Below are positions 16,997-26,730 of a stretch of DNA of 64,000 nucleotides, in pieces (position 1 is the first letter of the stretch; each line of letters opens with the position of its first letter). The stretch lies in NCBI GenBank assembly GCA_963824045.1, contig CAWGNW010000006.1:6099-70098 (forward strand), read 5' to 3'. Under the pieces are notes generated by a model, which worked only from the letters and a program-made list of their open reading frames with translations, was not told where the DNA came from and did not search any database. The translations under genes and the position numbers were made by a program. The stretch comes from an uncultured Gammaproteobacteria bacterium. GTDB lineage: Bacteria; Pseudomonadota; Gammaproteobacteria; UBA9214.

Positions 16997-19936
16997 ATGA
17001 AACTCACGCGCAAGCAGGATCAGGTGGAGGTAGCGGTCCGGCAGGGCACCGGCTTCGACGCGCTCGGGCATACGCTGGACCGGCGGACGTTCCTGCGTCG
17101 TTCGGGTCTGGCCCTGGGCGGCGCCGCACTGGCCGGTACGTTGCCGCTGACGCTGGTGCGCAAGGTGCGCGCTGCGCAGGAATACAGCCCCAGGCAGGGT
17201 GTCGAGACCGTGATCAAACGCAGTATCTGCACCCACTGTTCGGTCGGCTGCGGCGTGATTGCCGAACTCCAGAACGGCGTCTGGGTCGGTCAGGAGCCCG
17301 ATTTCGACTCCCCGATCAATCTCGGTGCGCATTGCGCGAAGGGCGCTTCGGTGCGTGAACACGGCACCGGGGACCGGCGGGTGAAATACCCCATGCAGCT
17401 GGTCGACGGCAAATGGAAGCGCATCAGCTGGGACGACGCCATCGAGACAATCGGCAACAAGCTGCTGGAGATACGTGAGAAGTCAGGCCCCGACTCGCTG
17501 TTCTTTTGCGGTTCATCGAAGGCCAGCAACGAAGGCTCCTACCTGCAGCGCAAGTTCGCGGCGTTCTGGGGCAGCAACAACGTGGACCATCAGGCCCGCA
17601 TCTGCCATTCGACCACGGTAGCCGGCGTCGCCAACACCTGGGGCTACGGCGCGATGACCAACTCCTACAACGACATGCACAACTGCAAGGCGATGCTGGT
17701 CTGCGGATCCAACGCCGCTGAAGCGCATCCGGTCGCCATGCAGCATATCCTCCGGGGCAAGGAAAACGGCGCGAAGATCATCGTGGTCGATCCGCGGCGC
17801 ACACGCACCGCGGCGCACGCGCACCAGTACATCCGTGTGCGCCCCGGTTCCGACACGGCCTTCATCTGGGGCCTGTTGTGGCACATTTTCGAGAATGGCT
17901 GGGAAGACAAGGAGTATATCCGCCAGCGCGTCTACGGCATGGACGAGGTACGCGAGGAGGTGAAGAAGTGGGACCCGAAGACCACCGAGGACGTGACCGG
18001 TGTACCCGAAAGTGAAATGGTCCAGTGCGCCAAAACCCTCGCCGAGAACCATCCCGGCACCATTGTCTGGTGCATGGGCCATACGCAGCACCACATCGGC
18101 AACAACAACACCCGCGCCGACTGCATCCTGCAGCTGGCGCTGGGCAATGTCGGTGTGTCCGGTGGAGGCGCAAATATTTTTCGCGGCCACGACAACGTGC
18201 AGGGTGCCACCGATGTCGGACCCAATTGCCATACCCTGCCGGGCTACTACGGCCTCGCGGAGGGCGCCTGGAAGCACTGGGCGCGCGTCTGGGACGTGGA
18301 CTACGACTGGCTGAGAAACCGCTTCGATACGTCCGCGCAGTACGACGACGGCAGCGGGGCCATGGCCTATACCATGAATATCGAAGGCATGCCGGTGTCG
18401 CGCTGGATCGACGGCATCCTGGAGGACAAGGCGAACCTGTCCCAGAAGGACAATTATCACGCGATTATCTTCCAGGGCCATGCGGTCAACAGCCAGACCC
18501 GCGGCGTGGAGATGAAGCAGGCGCTGGAAAGTGACCGCCTGGAACTGGTGGTGATCTCGGATCCCTATCCGACCCACCTGGCGGTGATGAGCGAACGCAA
18601 GAACGGCACGTTTCTGCTGCCGACCTGCACCCAGTTCGAAACCTATGGTTCGGTTACGGCCTCAAACCGGTCATTGCAGTGGCGCGACCAGCTGATCGAG
18701 CCGCTGTTCGAGTCCAAACCCGATCACGAGATCCTCTACCTGCTCGCGAAAAAGCTGGGCTTCGCAGACGAAATGTTCAAGCACATCGAGGTGAACAACA
18801 ACCAGCCATCGGTCGAGGATACACTGCGCGAAATCAACCACGGCACCTGGACCATCGGCTACACCGGCCAGAGTCCGGAGCGGCTCAAGGAGCACGCCAA
18901 ATACCGCCGCACCTTCAACACTACCACGCTGCGCGCGGAAGGTGGCCCGCTGGACGGCGAGTACTATGGCCTGCCCTGGCCATGCTGGGGCACAGCGGAC
19001 ATGAAGCACCCCGGCACGCCGATTCTGTACGATCCCAGCAAGCCGGTCGCCGAGGGCGGTCTGGTATTCCGCGCCCGCTTCGGCGTCGAGCGCAATGGCG
19101 TCAGTCTGCTCGCCGAGGATTCCTACAGCGCCGGTTCGGAGATCAGGGACGGTTATCCGGAATTCACCGCCGACATGCTGAAACAACTCGGCTGGTGGGA
19201 TGACCTGAGCGATGAGGAAAAGACCGCTGCCGAGGGCCGCAACTGGAAGACGGATCTTTCCGGCGGCATCCAGCGCGTCGCCATCAAGCATGGCTGCGCG
19301 CCGTTCGGCAATGCCAAGGCCCGCTGTGTGGTGTGGCAGTTCCCGGATCCGGTGCCGGTGCACCGCGAACCGCTGTACACGCCGCGTTACGACCTGGTTG
19401 AAAAGTACCCGACCTATGAAGACCGCAAATCCTTCTGGCGCCTGCCGACCCTGTACGCGTCCATACAGGCGAAGGACTACTCGAAGGAGTTTCCCCTGGT
19501 ATTCATCAGCGGCCGGCTCACCGAACACGAGGGCGGCGGGGCAGAGACCCGCTCCAATGTGTGGCTGGCGGAACTGCAGCAGCACATGTTCGTCGAGATC
19601 AATCCGGCGGACGCCAACGACCGCGGCATCAAGGACGGCGACTGGGTGTGGCTGGACGGTCCGGGTCGTGACACCGGTGATCATCCGGGTCCGACGCGCG
19701 GCGGGCGCATCAAGGTGATGGCGATGGTCACCCCGCGTGTCGGACGCGGCGTGATCTGGACACCCTTTCATTTCGGTGGCTGGTTCGAGGGCGAGGACCT
19801 GGAATCACGCTATCCCGAAAACACGGCCCCGATCGTACGCGGCGAAGCCTGCAACACCGCCACCACCTATGGTTATGACCCGGTGACCCAGATGCAGGAA
19901 ACCAAGGCCACCCTGTGTCAGATACGGCCGGCATAA
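16997..19936 (+). CDS. fdhA: formate dehydrogenase catalytic (alpha) subunit, bis-MGD, periplasmic, Cys-type
   Basis: 979 aa with a TAT signal (DRRTFLRRSGLALGGAA) and an N-terminal FeS motif (CTHCSVGCG). The active-site HQARICHSTTV aligns with FdnG HQARV(U/C)H, using Cys codon TGC at 17603-17605. AGGAG RBS. Confidence 0.9.
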   Translation: MKLTRKQDQVEVAVRQGTGFDALGHTLDRRTFLRRSGLALGGAALAGTLPLTLVRKVRAAQEYSPRQGVETVIKRSICTHCSVGCGVIAELQNGVWVGQEPDFDSPINLGAHCAKGASVREHGTGDRRVKYPMQLVDGKWKRISWDDAIETIGNKLLEIREKSGPDSLFFCGSSKASNEGSYLQRKFAAFWGSNNVDHQARICHSTTVAGVANTWGYGAMTNSYNDMHNCKAMLVCGSNAAEAHPVAMQHILRGKENGAKIIVVDPRRTRTAAHAHQYIRVRPGSDTAFIWGLLWHIFENGWEDKEYIRQRVYGMDEVREEVKKWDPKTTEDVTGVPESEMVQCAKTLAENHPGTIVWCMGHTQHHIGNNNTRADCILQLALGNVGVSGGGANIFRGHDNVQGATDVGPNCHTLPGYYGLAEGAWKHWARVWDVDYDWLRNRFDTSAQYDDGSGAMAYTMNIEGMPVSRWIDGILEDKANLSQKDNYHAIIFQGHAVNSQTRGVEMKQALESDRLELVVISDPYPTHLAVMSERKNGTFLLPTCTQFETYGSVTASNRSLQWRDQLIEPLFESKPDHEILYLLAKKLGFADEMFKHIEVNNNQPSVEDTLREINHGTWTIGYTGQSPERLKEHAKYRRTFNTTTLRAEGGPLDGEYYGLPWPCWGTADMKHPGTPILYDPSKPVAEGGLVFRARFGVERNGVSLLAEDSYSAGSEIRDGYPEFTADMLKQLGWWDDLSDEEKTAAEGRNWKTDLSGGIQRVAIKHGCAPFGNAKARCVVWQFPDPVPVHREPLYTPRYDLVEKYPTYEDRKSFWRLPTLYASIQAKDYSKEFPLVFISGRLTEHEGGGAETRSNVWLAELQQHMFVEINPADANDRGIKDGDWVWLDGPGRDTGDHPGPTRGGRIKVMAMVTPRVGRGVIWTPFHFGGWFEGEDLESRYPENTAPIVRGEACNTATTYGYDPVTQMQETKATLCQIRPA

Positions 19937-19951
19937 AAGGAGTGAGCAGCC

Positions 19952-20539
19952 ATGGCGCGAATGAAATTTCTCTGTGATGCGGAACGCTGCATCGAGTGCA
20001 ACGCCTGCGTCGTTGCCTGCAAGAACGAGAACGACGTCCCCTGGGGTGTAAACCGCCGCCGGGTCATCACCCTGCGCGACGGCGAACCGGGCGAAAAATC
20101 CATCTCGGTCGCCTGCATGCACTGCACCGACGCACCCTGTGCCGCCGTGTGCCCGGTGGACTGTTTCTATACCACCGAGGATGGCATCGTGCTCTGGTCG
20201 AAGGAACTGTGCATCGGCTGCGGGTACTGCTTCTACGCCTGTCCGTTCGGCGCACCGCAGTTTCCGCAGGAAGAGGCCTTTGGCGTGCGCGGCAAGATGG
20301 ACAAGTGCACCTTCTGCGCGGGCGGACCGCTACCGGACAACTCGGATGCGGAATATGCGCAGTACGGTCGCAACCGCATCGCGGAGGGCAAGTTGCCGCT
20401 GTGTGCCGAGATGTGCGCGACCAAGGCGCTGCTTGGCGGCGACGGCGACGTGATCGCGGACATCTACCGCAAGCGCATACTCAAACGCGGCGGCAGTGCG
20501 CAGACGTGGGGCTGGGAAACCGCCTATCCGGGCGGCTGA
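19952..20539 (+). CDS. fdhB: formate dehydrogenase iron-sulfur (beta) subunit
   Basis: 195 aa with four ferredoxin-type Cys clusters (CIECNACVVAC, CMHCTDAPCAAVCP, CIGCGYCFYACP, CTFC). AAAGGAG RBS. Confidence 0.9.
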   Translation: MARMKFLCDAERCIECNACVVACKNENDVPWGVNRRRVITLRDGEPGEKSISVACMHCTDAPCAAVCPVDCFYTTEDGIVLWSKELCIGCGYCFYACPFGAPQFPQEEAFGVRGKMDKCTFCAGGPLPDNSDAEYAQYGRNRIAEGKLPLCAEMCATKALLGGDGDVIADIYRKRILKRGGSAQTWGWETAYPGG

Positions 20540-20584
20540 GCCGACGGTGAGCCGTGACCTGTTATGGACCAGGAGGCATAACCC

Positions 20585-20785
20585 ATGAATAGACCACCCG
20601 TGCGGGGTCTGGTGCTGCTGGCGATCGGCCTGTTCTCGGCAGGCTGTTATGAAAAGCCGCAGGTCATTTTCTTTGAACCCGGCGAGTACAAGGGCAGGAC
20701 GGATCCGCTGCTGGCCCTGGAAGCCACGCCAGAACAGCAGCAGAAGCTGGTGCAACGCCTGCGGCTGGTACAGATGGACCGCTAG
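20585..20785 (+). CDS. small lipoprotein (66 aa), unknown function
   Basis: AGGAGG RBS 7 nt upstream and a lipobox LFSAGC after a basic N-terminus. Ends ...RLVQMDR. Confidence 0.55.
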   Translation: MNRPPVRGLVLLAIGLFSAGCYEKPQVIFFEPGEYKGRTDPLLALEATPEQQQKLVQRLRLVQMDR

Positions 20786-20820
20786 GAGCCTGTCGGAATG
20801 ATGACAAGGGGATACGCGCC

Positions 20821-21027
20821 ATGAGCCGGATACAGGCAATGCCGAATACAGGCCACCTCATGCGGATCGCAGTGCTATGTCTGTTGACACTGGCGGCGTG
20901 CAGCGGGGGGCATATCCAGGAACCCTGGGCCGGCAAGGATCCGCAGTGGAAGCAGTCTCACTTCGCGAGCCAGACTCCCGATGCGGAGCTGAGAGAACGC
21001 GCAGCAACCACACAGATCGACCGTTGA
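20821..21027 (+). CDS. small lipoprotein (68 aa or shorter), unknown function, possible paralogue of the preceding gene
   Basis: Lipobox LTLAAC. Alternative start at ATG 20860 (MRIAVLCLLTLAAC). Ends ...ATTQIDR, echoing the QMDR end of its neighbour. Confidence 0.5.
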   Translation: MSRIQAMPNTGHLMRIAVLCLLTLAACSGGHIQEPWAGKDPQWKQSHFASQTPDAELRERAATTQIDR

Positions 21028-21053
21028 GGGCAACCGAACTGGAGGGCTAGGTC

Positions 21054-22148
21054 GTGGAGAAGATGCAGACAGAAGCAGGGCACCGGCGCCACATCCGAAT
21101 TGTGATATGGAGCCTGCTCATTGTCGTGGCGGGCACCCTGATGCTGCCACTGGGTGGTTATGTGTATGTCGCATTCAGCGGAACTCAGGTCCAGGCGGCG
21201 CAGACGGCTGACGGCGATACCGGGGTGAACCCGATTTCCAACTACTGGCGCGCCGTACGCGAGGGCAGCAAAGGCTATACGGCGGCGAGCGGCCCCTATA
21301 CCACCAGCGACATGATACAGAGCCAGGGTGAGGAGTGGCGCCAGTTTCGCAATGGCTACGTCACCCTGGGCGTAGCCGTGGTGACGGGTACCGTCCTTGC
21401 ACTGATCGTGCTCTATCATTTCATCAAGGGGCCGAAGCGCCTGCAGGAGACACCCTCGGGACGCATGATGCCACGCTGGTCGGGCGGTGAACGCCTGCTG
21501 CACTGGTATACGGCCATCCTGTTCATCGTTCTGGCGATCACGGGGTTCAGCCTGCTGTACGGACGTGCTGTCCTGATACCCTGGATGGGCCTGGAAGGCT
21601 TCTCGGCCTATGCGAATGTGGCGAAGCCGGTGCACAACTACGCAGGACCGTTGTTTCTGGCGGGCGTTATGCTGGAAGTGATCACCTGGATGGGCGTCAA
21701 CACCTTCAAGTCCTACGATCTCGAATGGTTGAAAAGCGCGGGCGGCATGTTCAGGAAGGGCGTGCATACCCCTGCCGGTCGCACCAACGCCGGTGAAAAG
21801 ATCTGGTTCTGGATAATCGCCACCATCGGGCTGCTGGGCGTCGGTATCAGCGGACTGGTGCTGGATTTCCCCAACTTCGGGCAGGCCCGCGAGACCATGC
21901 AGATAGCCAATGTGATCCACAGCGTCCTGGCCGGTCTGTGGCTGGCGATCGCCTTCGGTCATATCTACCTCGGCACCCTCGGTGTCCCCGGCAGCTTCCG
22001 CGGAATGGTCCGAGGCAAGGTGAGCGAGGAGTGGATGAAAGAACACCACAGTGTCTGGTACGAGCACCTGAAAAGCGGCGGGGCGCAGGCGCAGGTAGAA
22101 GAGCCGCATACCTCCCGGCCGCGGCCCGGTCCCGCGCCGTCGCGCTGA
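21054..22148 (+). CDS. fdhC: formate dehydrogenase cytochrome-b (gamma) subunit with N-terminal extension
   Basis: 364 aa, multi-TM, with His-bearing helices (ERLLHWYTAILFIVLAITGF, IHSVLAGLWLAIAFGHIYLG) as in FdnI-type subunits. Start is GTG 21054 or ATG 21063. Confidence 0.8.
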   Translation: MEKMQTEAGHRRHIRIVIWSLLIVVAGTLMLPLGGYVYVAFSGTQVQAAQTADGDTGVNPISNYWRAVREGSKGYTAASGPYTTSDMIQSQGEEWRQFRNGYVTLGVAVVTGTVLALIVLYHFIKGPKRLQETPSGRMMPRWSGGERLLHWYTAILFIVLAITGFSLLYGRAVLIPWMGLEGFSAYANVAKPVHNYAGPLFLAGVMLEVITWMGVNTFKSYDLEWLKSAGGMFRKGVHTPAGRTNAGEKIWFWIIATIGLLGVGISGLVLDFPNFGQARETMQIANVIHSVLAGLWLAIAFGHIYLGTLGVPGSFRGMVRGKVSEEWMKEHHSVWYEHLKSGGAQAQVEEPHTSRPRPGPAPSR

Positions 22149-22238
22149 CGACGGGCCTTACCGTTTGCCAGGTGCATTGCGAGTCAGCCCGTGTTCAGGG
22201 ACGCAGCATCCTGCGGGTGCGGCTCAATGCCTGATGGC

Positions 22239-22260
22239 TCTGACACCGGCCGGTGTCAGA
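22239..22260. repeat. perfect 22-bp palindrome between convergent fdhC and moaE
   Basis: TCTGACACCGGCCGGTGTCAGA is fully self-complementary. No flanking T/U tract on either strand. Confidence 0.6.
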
Positions 22261-22329
22261 ATTCGCCCCTGCCGTTGCCTCTGCGAGTTGAATCAGTCGC
22301 CTGCACCCGACTGCATGGCGCTGGTTGCC

Positions 22330-22749
22330 TTACCCGGTCGGCATAACCCAGCGGTCGCCTTGCGAGGTTGTTTCCTTCTTCCAGAAAGGCGCCTTCGTCT
22401 TCAGTGCGTCGATCATGAATTCGCAGGCCTGGAAAGCATCCTTGCGGTGTGCGCTGGCGGTGATCACAAGGACGATGCGGTCATTAGGTCCCAGCGGACC
22501 GACGCGATGAATGATGACGGCGTCGATCAGTTTCCAGCGGGCGGTCGCCTCGGCGGCGATCCCGGCAAGCGCCTTCTCGGTCATGCCGGGATAGTGCTCC
22601 AGGGTCATGCCGGTGACGTTGTCGCCCTCGTTCAGGTCGCGCACCAGGCCGATGAAACTGACCATGGCGCCGGCACCGGCCCGCAGCCTGGCGCGCAGCA
22701 GTTCGATTTCTGCGCCCGGATCGAAATCCTCCTGCTGAACCCGGATCAT
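22330..22749 (-). CDS. moaE: molybdopterin synthase catalytic subunit MoaE
   Basis: 139 aa with GAMVSFIGLVRD...LEHYPGMTEKAL...ASAHRKDAFQACEFMIDALKTKAPFWKKE. Confidence 0.9.
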   Translation of the reverse strand: MIRVQQEDFDPGAEIELLRARLRAGAGAMVSFIGLVRDLNEGDNVTGMTLEHYPGMTEKALAGIAAEATARWKLIDAVIIHRVGPLGPNDRIVLVITASAHRKDAFQACEFMIDALKTKAPFWKKETTSQGDRWVMPTG

Positions 22750-22751
22750 TT

Positions 22752-23003
22752 TCAGCCTCCCGTGACCGGCGGGAACCAGGCAATCTCGTCACCGTCCCGG
22801 ACGCCGGTAGCGAGTTTCGCAACCTCGTGGTTGACGGCGACCAGCAGACGCGCGTCTGCGAGTGCCCCGGACCAGGGTTCGCCGCGGTCCTGCAGCCATC
22901 GCTGCAGCCCGGCAACCGTATCGACGTCATCGGGTAGCAAGACGCTCTCGTCACTGGTGCCCAGCCGCTCACGCAGGCTGGCAAAATAGCGCAGTTGTAT
23001 CAT
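22752..23003 (-). CDS. moaD: molybdopterin synthase sulfur-carrier subunit MoaD
   Basis: 83 aa from ATG 23003 (MIQLRYFASLRE...) ending in the diagnostic ...FPPVTGG. The stop lies 2 nt before the moaE ATG. Confidence 0.85.
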   Translation of the reverse strand: MIQLRYFASLRERLGTSDESVLLPDDVDTVAGLQRWLQDRGEPWSGALADARLLVAVNHEVAKLATGVRDGDEIAWFPPVTGG

Positions 23004-23446
23004 GTTGCCGCTTCCTCTCCGGTACTCGCCATGAAGTGCACTACCTGGCGGCAAAGGCAACGCAGGTTGCCGCGCTCTGTGACAGAGAGGTGCAGGTATT
23101 TCAGGCTGCTCCCGAACGGATCTGTCAAACCGGTATGCATGGTGCCCGCGACTGCTTCTCCCGTGATTCGGATGGCCGGTGTCGTTTCAGTCACAGTATA
23201 GACGATCATCGATCCGGGCAGGCATCCGGCGTTCCCCGGGGCCTTTCCCGAAGTCGAACCGGTCCGGGTATTCACGCTGCGTAAGGTACCAGGCAGGTCC
23301 GGGAAAGCGCTGCATGCCGGTCGGTGATATCCTGAACAGGTGCAGCGGATGTTACCGCCAGTTGATTTTTAAAACTTCCGGTCCCGGTGCCGGTTGACCA
23401 GGCGGGCGCCCGGGACGGCCCGGCTACCGCTTATACCAGGGGGTTC

Positions 23447-23656
23447 ATGATGAATGAAGATGTCGTCAATACGGGTATCCGGAAATTTCTCAAAAAGGTT
23501 GGAGTCACCTCGCAGCAGGAAATCGAAAAGGCGTTGCTGGCAGCCGACGCAGCAGGTCATCTGGACAGCAACGGGCCGCTCAGGGTGAGTATGACGCTGG
23601 AGATTGCCGGGCTCGGGCTGGTACATACGGTTGACGGGGAGATCGCCCTGGAATAA
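23447..23656 (+). CDS. small conserved protein (DUF6494-like by recollection)
   Basis: 69 aa from ATG 23447 with an AGGGGG RBS. MMNEDVVNTGIRKFLKKVGVTSQQEIEKAL resembles a short DUF family I recall. Not verifiable here. Confidence 0.5.
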   Translation: MMNEDVVNTGIRKFLKKVGVTSQQEIEKALLAADAAGHLDSNGPLRVSMTLEIAGLGLVHTVDGEIALE

Positions 23657-23789
23657 AACGATCGGTGTCAGAACTGTGTAATACCTGGACCGTGCGCTGT
23701 ACCGGCACGGCTGGAGGCGCCGTCGCAATCGGGGGTGTTGCCTGGCATGGCTTGGATGACACCACAGCTGCATTGCCTGCGACAGGCTC

Positions 23790-24278
23790 CTAGACCTCCA
23801 CGGCATTCCACTCGCCACTGCGGCCACCGGACTTGTGCAGCAGGCGGATGCCCTCGATAACCATACCGCGGTCGACCGCCTTGCACATGTCGTAGATCGT
23901 CAGTGCGGCCACGGACGCGGCGGTCAGTGCTTCCATCTCCACCCCGGTCGCACCCTTCAGCCGGCAGGCAGTTGTGATGTGGACGCGGCTGCCTCGCTTG
24001 TCCAGGGCGATGTCGACGTCGATGCCGCTCAGCATGAGGGGATGACACAAGGGTATCAGGTCGGCGCAGCGCTTGGCGGCCTGGATGCCCGCGATACGGG
24101 CTACGGCAATGACATCGCCTTTGCGGTGCCTGCCGGTCTCGATGAGCATGAGCGTCTGTTCCGACATTCGCACCCAGGCCTCGGCACGTGCCTCGCGTGC
24201 CGTTTCGGGCTTCTCGCCGACATCGACCATGCGGGCCGTGCCATGGGTGTCGATATGGGTTAATTTGTCCATTGACAT
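23790..24278 (-). CDS. moaC: cyclic pyranopterin monophosphate synthase MoaC
   Basis: [21 protein letters not shown]...[20 protein letters not shown]...[25 protein letters not shown]. Start is ATG 24278 or 24272. Confidence 0.9.
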   Translation of the reverse strand: MSMDKLTHIDTHGTARMVDVGEKPETAREARAEAWVRMSEQTLMLIETGRHRKGDVIAVARIAGIQAAKRCADLIPLCHPLMLSGIDVDIALDKRGSRVHITTACRLKGATGVEMEALTAASVAALTIYDMCKAVDRGMVIEGIRLLHKSGGRSGEWNAVEV

Positions 24279-24382
24279 ATCCGGGTAATGGTAAAAGGGA
24301 ATATTGCGCATGAAACGGTATTTTGCAAACATGAAATGCATGGCGGGCAGGACGTACAGGCCGATGGCGCAGGTAACCCGAT

Positions 24383-25654
24383 ATGCATGACCAGGAAATC
24401 ACGCCCCGGCCCAGCTGTGAAGATGAACTGAACCCCGGCCTGCTCAGCGTGGCGCAGGCGCAGGAACGCATCCTTGCCGCCGTAGCAGCGGTCGAGGCAA
24501 CCGAAACACTGCCGGTGCGGGAGGCGCTGGGTCGGGTGCTTGCCGGGGCGGTCGTGGCGCCACTCGATGTCCCCTCGCATACCAATTCCGCGATGGACGG
24601 CTATGCCGTGCGCGCCGCCGACCTGCCGGCGGGGGGGGTACGCGAATTCCGGGTGCCCGGCACCTCCTGGGCCGGCCGTCCCTGGCTTGCCCCCATCGAA
24701 CCGGGCCAGGCAGTGCAGATCATGACCGGCGCCATGGTGCCGGAGGGCGCGGACACGGTTGTCATGCAGGAGCAGGTCGAGCGTGACGGCGACCGTGTGC
24801 GCATTGGCAGCGATCATCATTGCGGGCAGAACGTGCGTGCAGCCGGCGAGGACATTGCCGTCGGGCAGCAGGTCTTTTCGGCCGGCAAACGAGTGACGGC
24901 GGCCGACATCGGCGTGCTGGCATCACTGGGACTGGCCGAGGTAACGGTGTTCCGCAAGTTGAAGGTGGCGTTTTTTTCCACCGGCGATGAATTGCGTTCG
25001 GTGGGCGAGGCGCTGGAACCCGGCGAGATCTACGACAGCAACCGCTACACGCTTTATGGCATGCTCAGCAAACTCGATGTCGACATCATCGACATGGGGG
25101 TGGTGCGCGACCGGCGCGAACTGATCGAGCAGGCCTTCACCACGGCCGCGGCCAGCGCAGACGCTGTCATCACCTCGGGCGGTGTCTCGGTGGGGGAGGC
25201 GGATTTCGTCAAGGAGACCCTGGAAAAGCTGGGCAGCATGTCATTCTGGAAGATCGCCATGAAACCGGGACGGCCGGTCGCCTTCGGTAATATCGGGGAG
25301 GCGGTATTCTTCGGCCTGCCCGGGAACCCGGTCTCGGTGATGGTGACCTGGTTCCAGTTCGTCCGGCCTGCACTGTTGAAGATGACCGGCGAGGCCGCCC
25401 CTCCTGCACCCTTCACGCTGCGCGCGCGCACGAGTTCCCCGCTGAGAAAACACCCCGGCCGGTTCGAGTTCCAGCGCGGTGTACTGGAACAGTCCGCCCC
25501 GGGCGAGTTTGTCGTGCGCAGTGCCGGCGCGCAGGGCTCCGGCATCCTGCGCTCCATGAGCGAGGCCAACTGCTTTATTTTGCTCGACCCGGACCGCACG
25601 AACGTCGAGCCCGGTGAAGAGGTCGAAGTGCAGCCGTTTCAAAACCTGATCTGA
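24383..25654 (+). CDS. moeA: molybdopterin molybdo/tungsto-transferase MoeA
   Basis: 423 aa with [47 protein letters not shown] and [10 protein letters not shown]. Confidence 0.9.
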   Translation: MHDQEITPRPSCEDELNPGLLSVAQAQERILAAVAAVEATETLPVREALGRVLAGAVVAPLDVPSHTNSAMDGYAVRAADLPAGGVREFRVPGTSWAGRPWLAPIEPGQAVQIMTGAMVPEGADTVVMQEQVERDGDRVRIGSDHHCGQNVRAAGEDIAVGQQVFSAGKRVTAADIGVLASLGLAEVTVFRKLKVAFFSTGDELRSVGEALEPGEIYDSNRYTLYGMLSKLDVDIIDMGVVRDRRELIEQAFTTAAASADAVITSGGVSVGEADFVKETLEKLGSMSFWKIAMKPGRPVAFGNIGEAVFFGLPGNPVSVMVTWFQFVRPALLKMTGEAAPPAPFTLRARTSSPLRKHPGRFEFQRGVLEQSAPGEFVVRSAGAQGSGILRSMSEANCFILLDPDRTNVEPGEEVEVQPFQNLI

Positions 25655-25670
25655 AGACACGGGAGTGACC

Positions 25671-26204
25671 ATGCCGAACAATCCCAACGAACGGAACTTC
25701 AAGCCCCTGAGCATCGCGGTGCTGACGGTTTCCGATACGCGCACCGCCGCGACCGACAAGTCCGGCGACACGCTGGTGCAGCTGCTGACCGGCGCCGGTC
25801 ACCGGCTGGCGGAGAAATGCATCGTGCCGGACGACATTTACCGGATACGCGCGGTTGTCTCGCAGTGGATAGCGGACGCAAGCATCAACGCGGTGATCAC
25901 GACGGGCGGCACCGGCATCACGGCGCGTGACGGCACGCCGGAAGCCGTGTCGGTGCTGTTCGACAAGCAGATAGACGGCTTCGGCGAGGTGTTTCGCGCC
26001 GTTTCCTACGAGGAGATCAACACCTCCACCATCCAGTCGCGCGCCGTCGCCGGGGTGGCGAATGCCACGTTCATTTTCTGTCTGCCCGGTTCCACCGGCG
26101 CCTGCCGCACCGGCTGGGGCAAGCTGATCAGTCATCAGCTGGACTATCGCACGCGTCCCTGCAACCTGGTGGAACTCATGCCGCGGGTGCTGGAGCGAGG
26201 CTAG
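25671..26204 (+). CDS. moaB: molybdenum cofactor biosynthesis protein MoaB/Mog type
   Basis: IAVLTVSDTRT...DKSGD...VITTGGTGITARDGTPEA...FCLPGSTGACR. ATG 25671 is preceded by GGGAG. An in-frame GTG at 25665 is an alternative start. Confidence 0.85.
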   Translation: MPNNPNERNFKPLSIAVLTVSDTRTAATDKSGDTLVQLLTGAGHRLAEKCIVPDDIYRIRAVVSQWIADASINAVITTGGTGITARDGTPEAVSVLFDKQIDGFGEVFRAVSYEEINTSTIQSRAVAGVANATFIFCLPGSTGACRTGWGKLISHQLDYRTRPCNLVELMPRVLERG

Positions 26205-26208
26205 CCGG

Positions 26209-26730
26209 CTACGGCGACTGCGCTGTCAACCAGAATAAAACAAACTCCGTTATCTCCACGGCATTGTTAATGTCGAGCAACGGCAGGCCGCCTGTATCGA
26301 GTGTGGTATCGGCAGCCACTGCGATGATGGTGTCGTCATTCGGGTACAGCAGGGGATGACCCAGCGAAGGCCGGTGCAGCTCGATGCGCGGAAAGGGTGT
26401 CTGCTTGAAACCCTCGACCAGCACCAGATCGATGTGTTCCGGGTCCAGCAGCGCGATCAAATCAGCCAGTTTCGGATCGGCAACCGTGTCGTACTCCGTC
26501 ATCAGCGCCCGGCGCCTGTCCGATGCGACCAGCAGCTGACGTGCGCCTGCCTTGCGCAATTCGTAACTGTCCTTGCCCGGTTTGTCGATGTCGAAGCTAT
26601 GATGGGCATGCTTGATGACGGCCGTGCGCACACCGCGCTGTGCCAGTAGCGGGATCAGCTGCTTCAGGAGGGTGGTCTTGCCGGTGCCGCTGAAGGCGGC
26701 AAAACCGAGTACCGGTTTTTCAGGCTGCAT
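26209..26730 (-). CDS. mobB: molybdopterin-guanine dinucleotide biosynthesis adaptor MobB
   Basis: 173 aa with a P-loop (GFAAFSGTGKTTLL) followed by VIKHAHHSFDIDKPGKDSY. Confidence 0.85.
   Translation of the reverse strand: MQPEKPVLGFAAFSGTGKTTLLKQLIPLLAQRGVRTAVIKHAHHSFDIDKPGKDSYELRKAGARQLLVASDRRRALMTEYDTVADPKLADLIALLDPEHIDLVLVEGFKQTPFPRIELHRPSLGHPLLYPNDDTIIAVAADTTLDTGGLPLLDINNAVEITEFVLFWLTAQSP

Noticed and set aside
17603-17605. Possible selenocysteine (in-frame TGA plus SECIS) in the FDH alpha subunit
   Set aside because: The active-site position in HQARICHSTTV is encoded by TGC (Cys). There is no in-frame TGA anywhere in the gene, so this is a Cys-type enzyme.
14436-22109. Minus-strand ORFs of 350-470 aa (14436-15842, 17513-18577, 18671-19771, 20958-22109) inside the FDH operon
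   Set aside because: They are antisense shadows of the polyferredoxin, fdhA and fdhC genes. They have no conserved motifs, and the composition is typical of non-coding frames.
22239-22260. 22-bp perfect palindrome as a bidirectional intrinsic terminator for fdhC and moaE
   Set aside because: The stem is good (9-10 bp, GGCC loop), but no T/U tract follows on either strand. It is kept only as a repeat/possible protein-binding palindrome.
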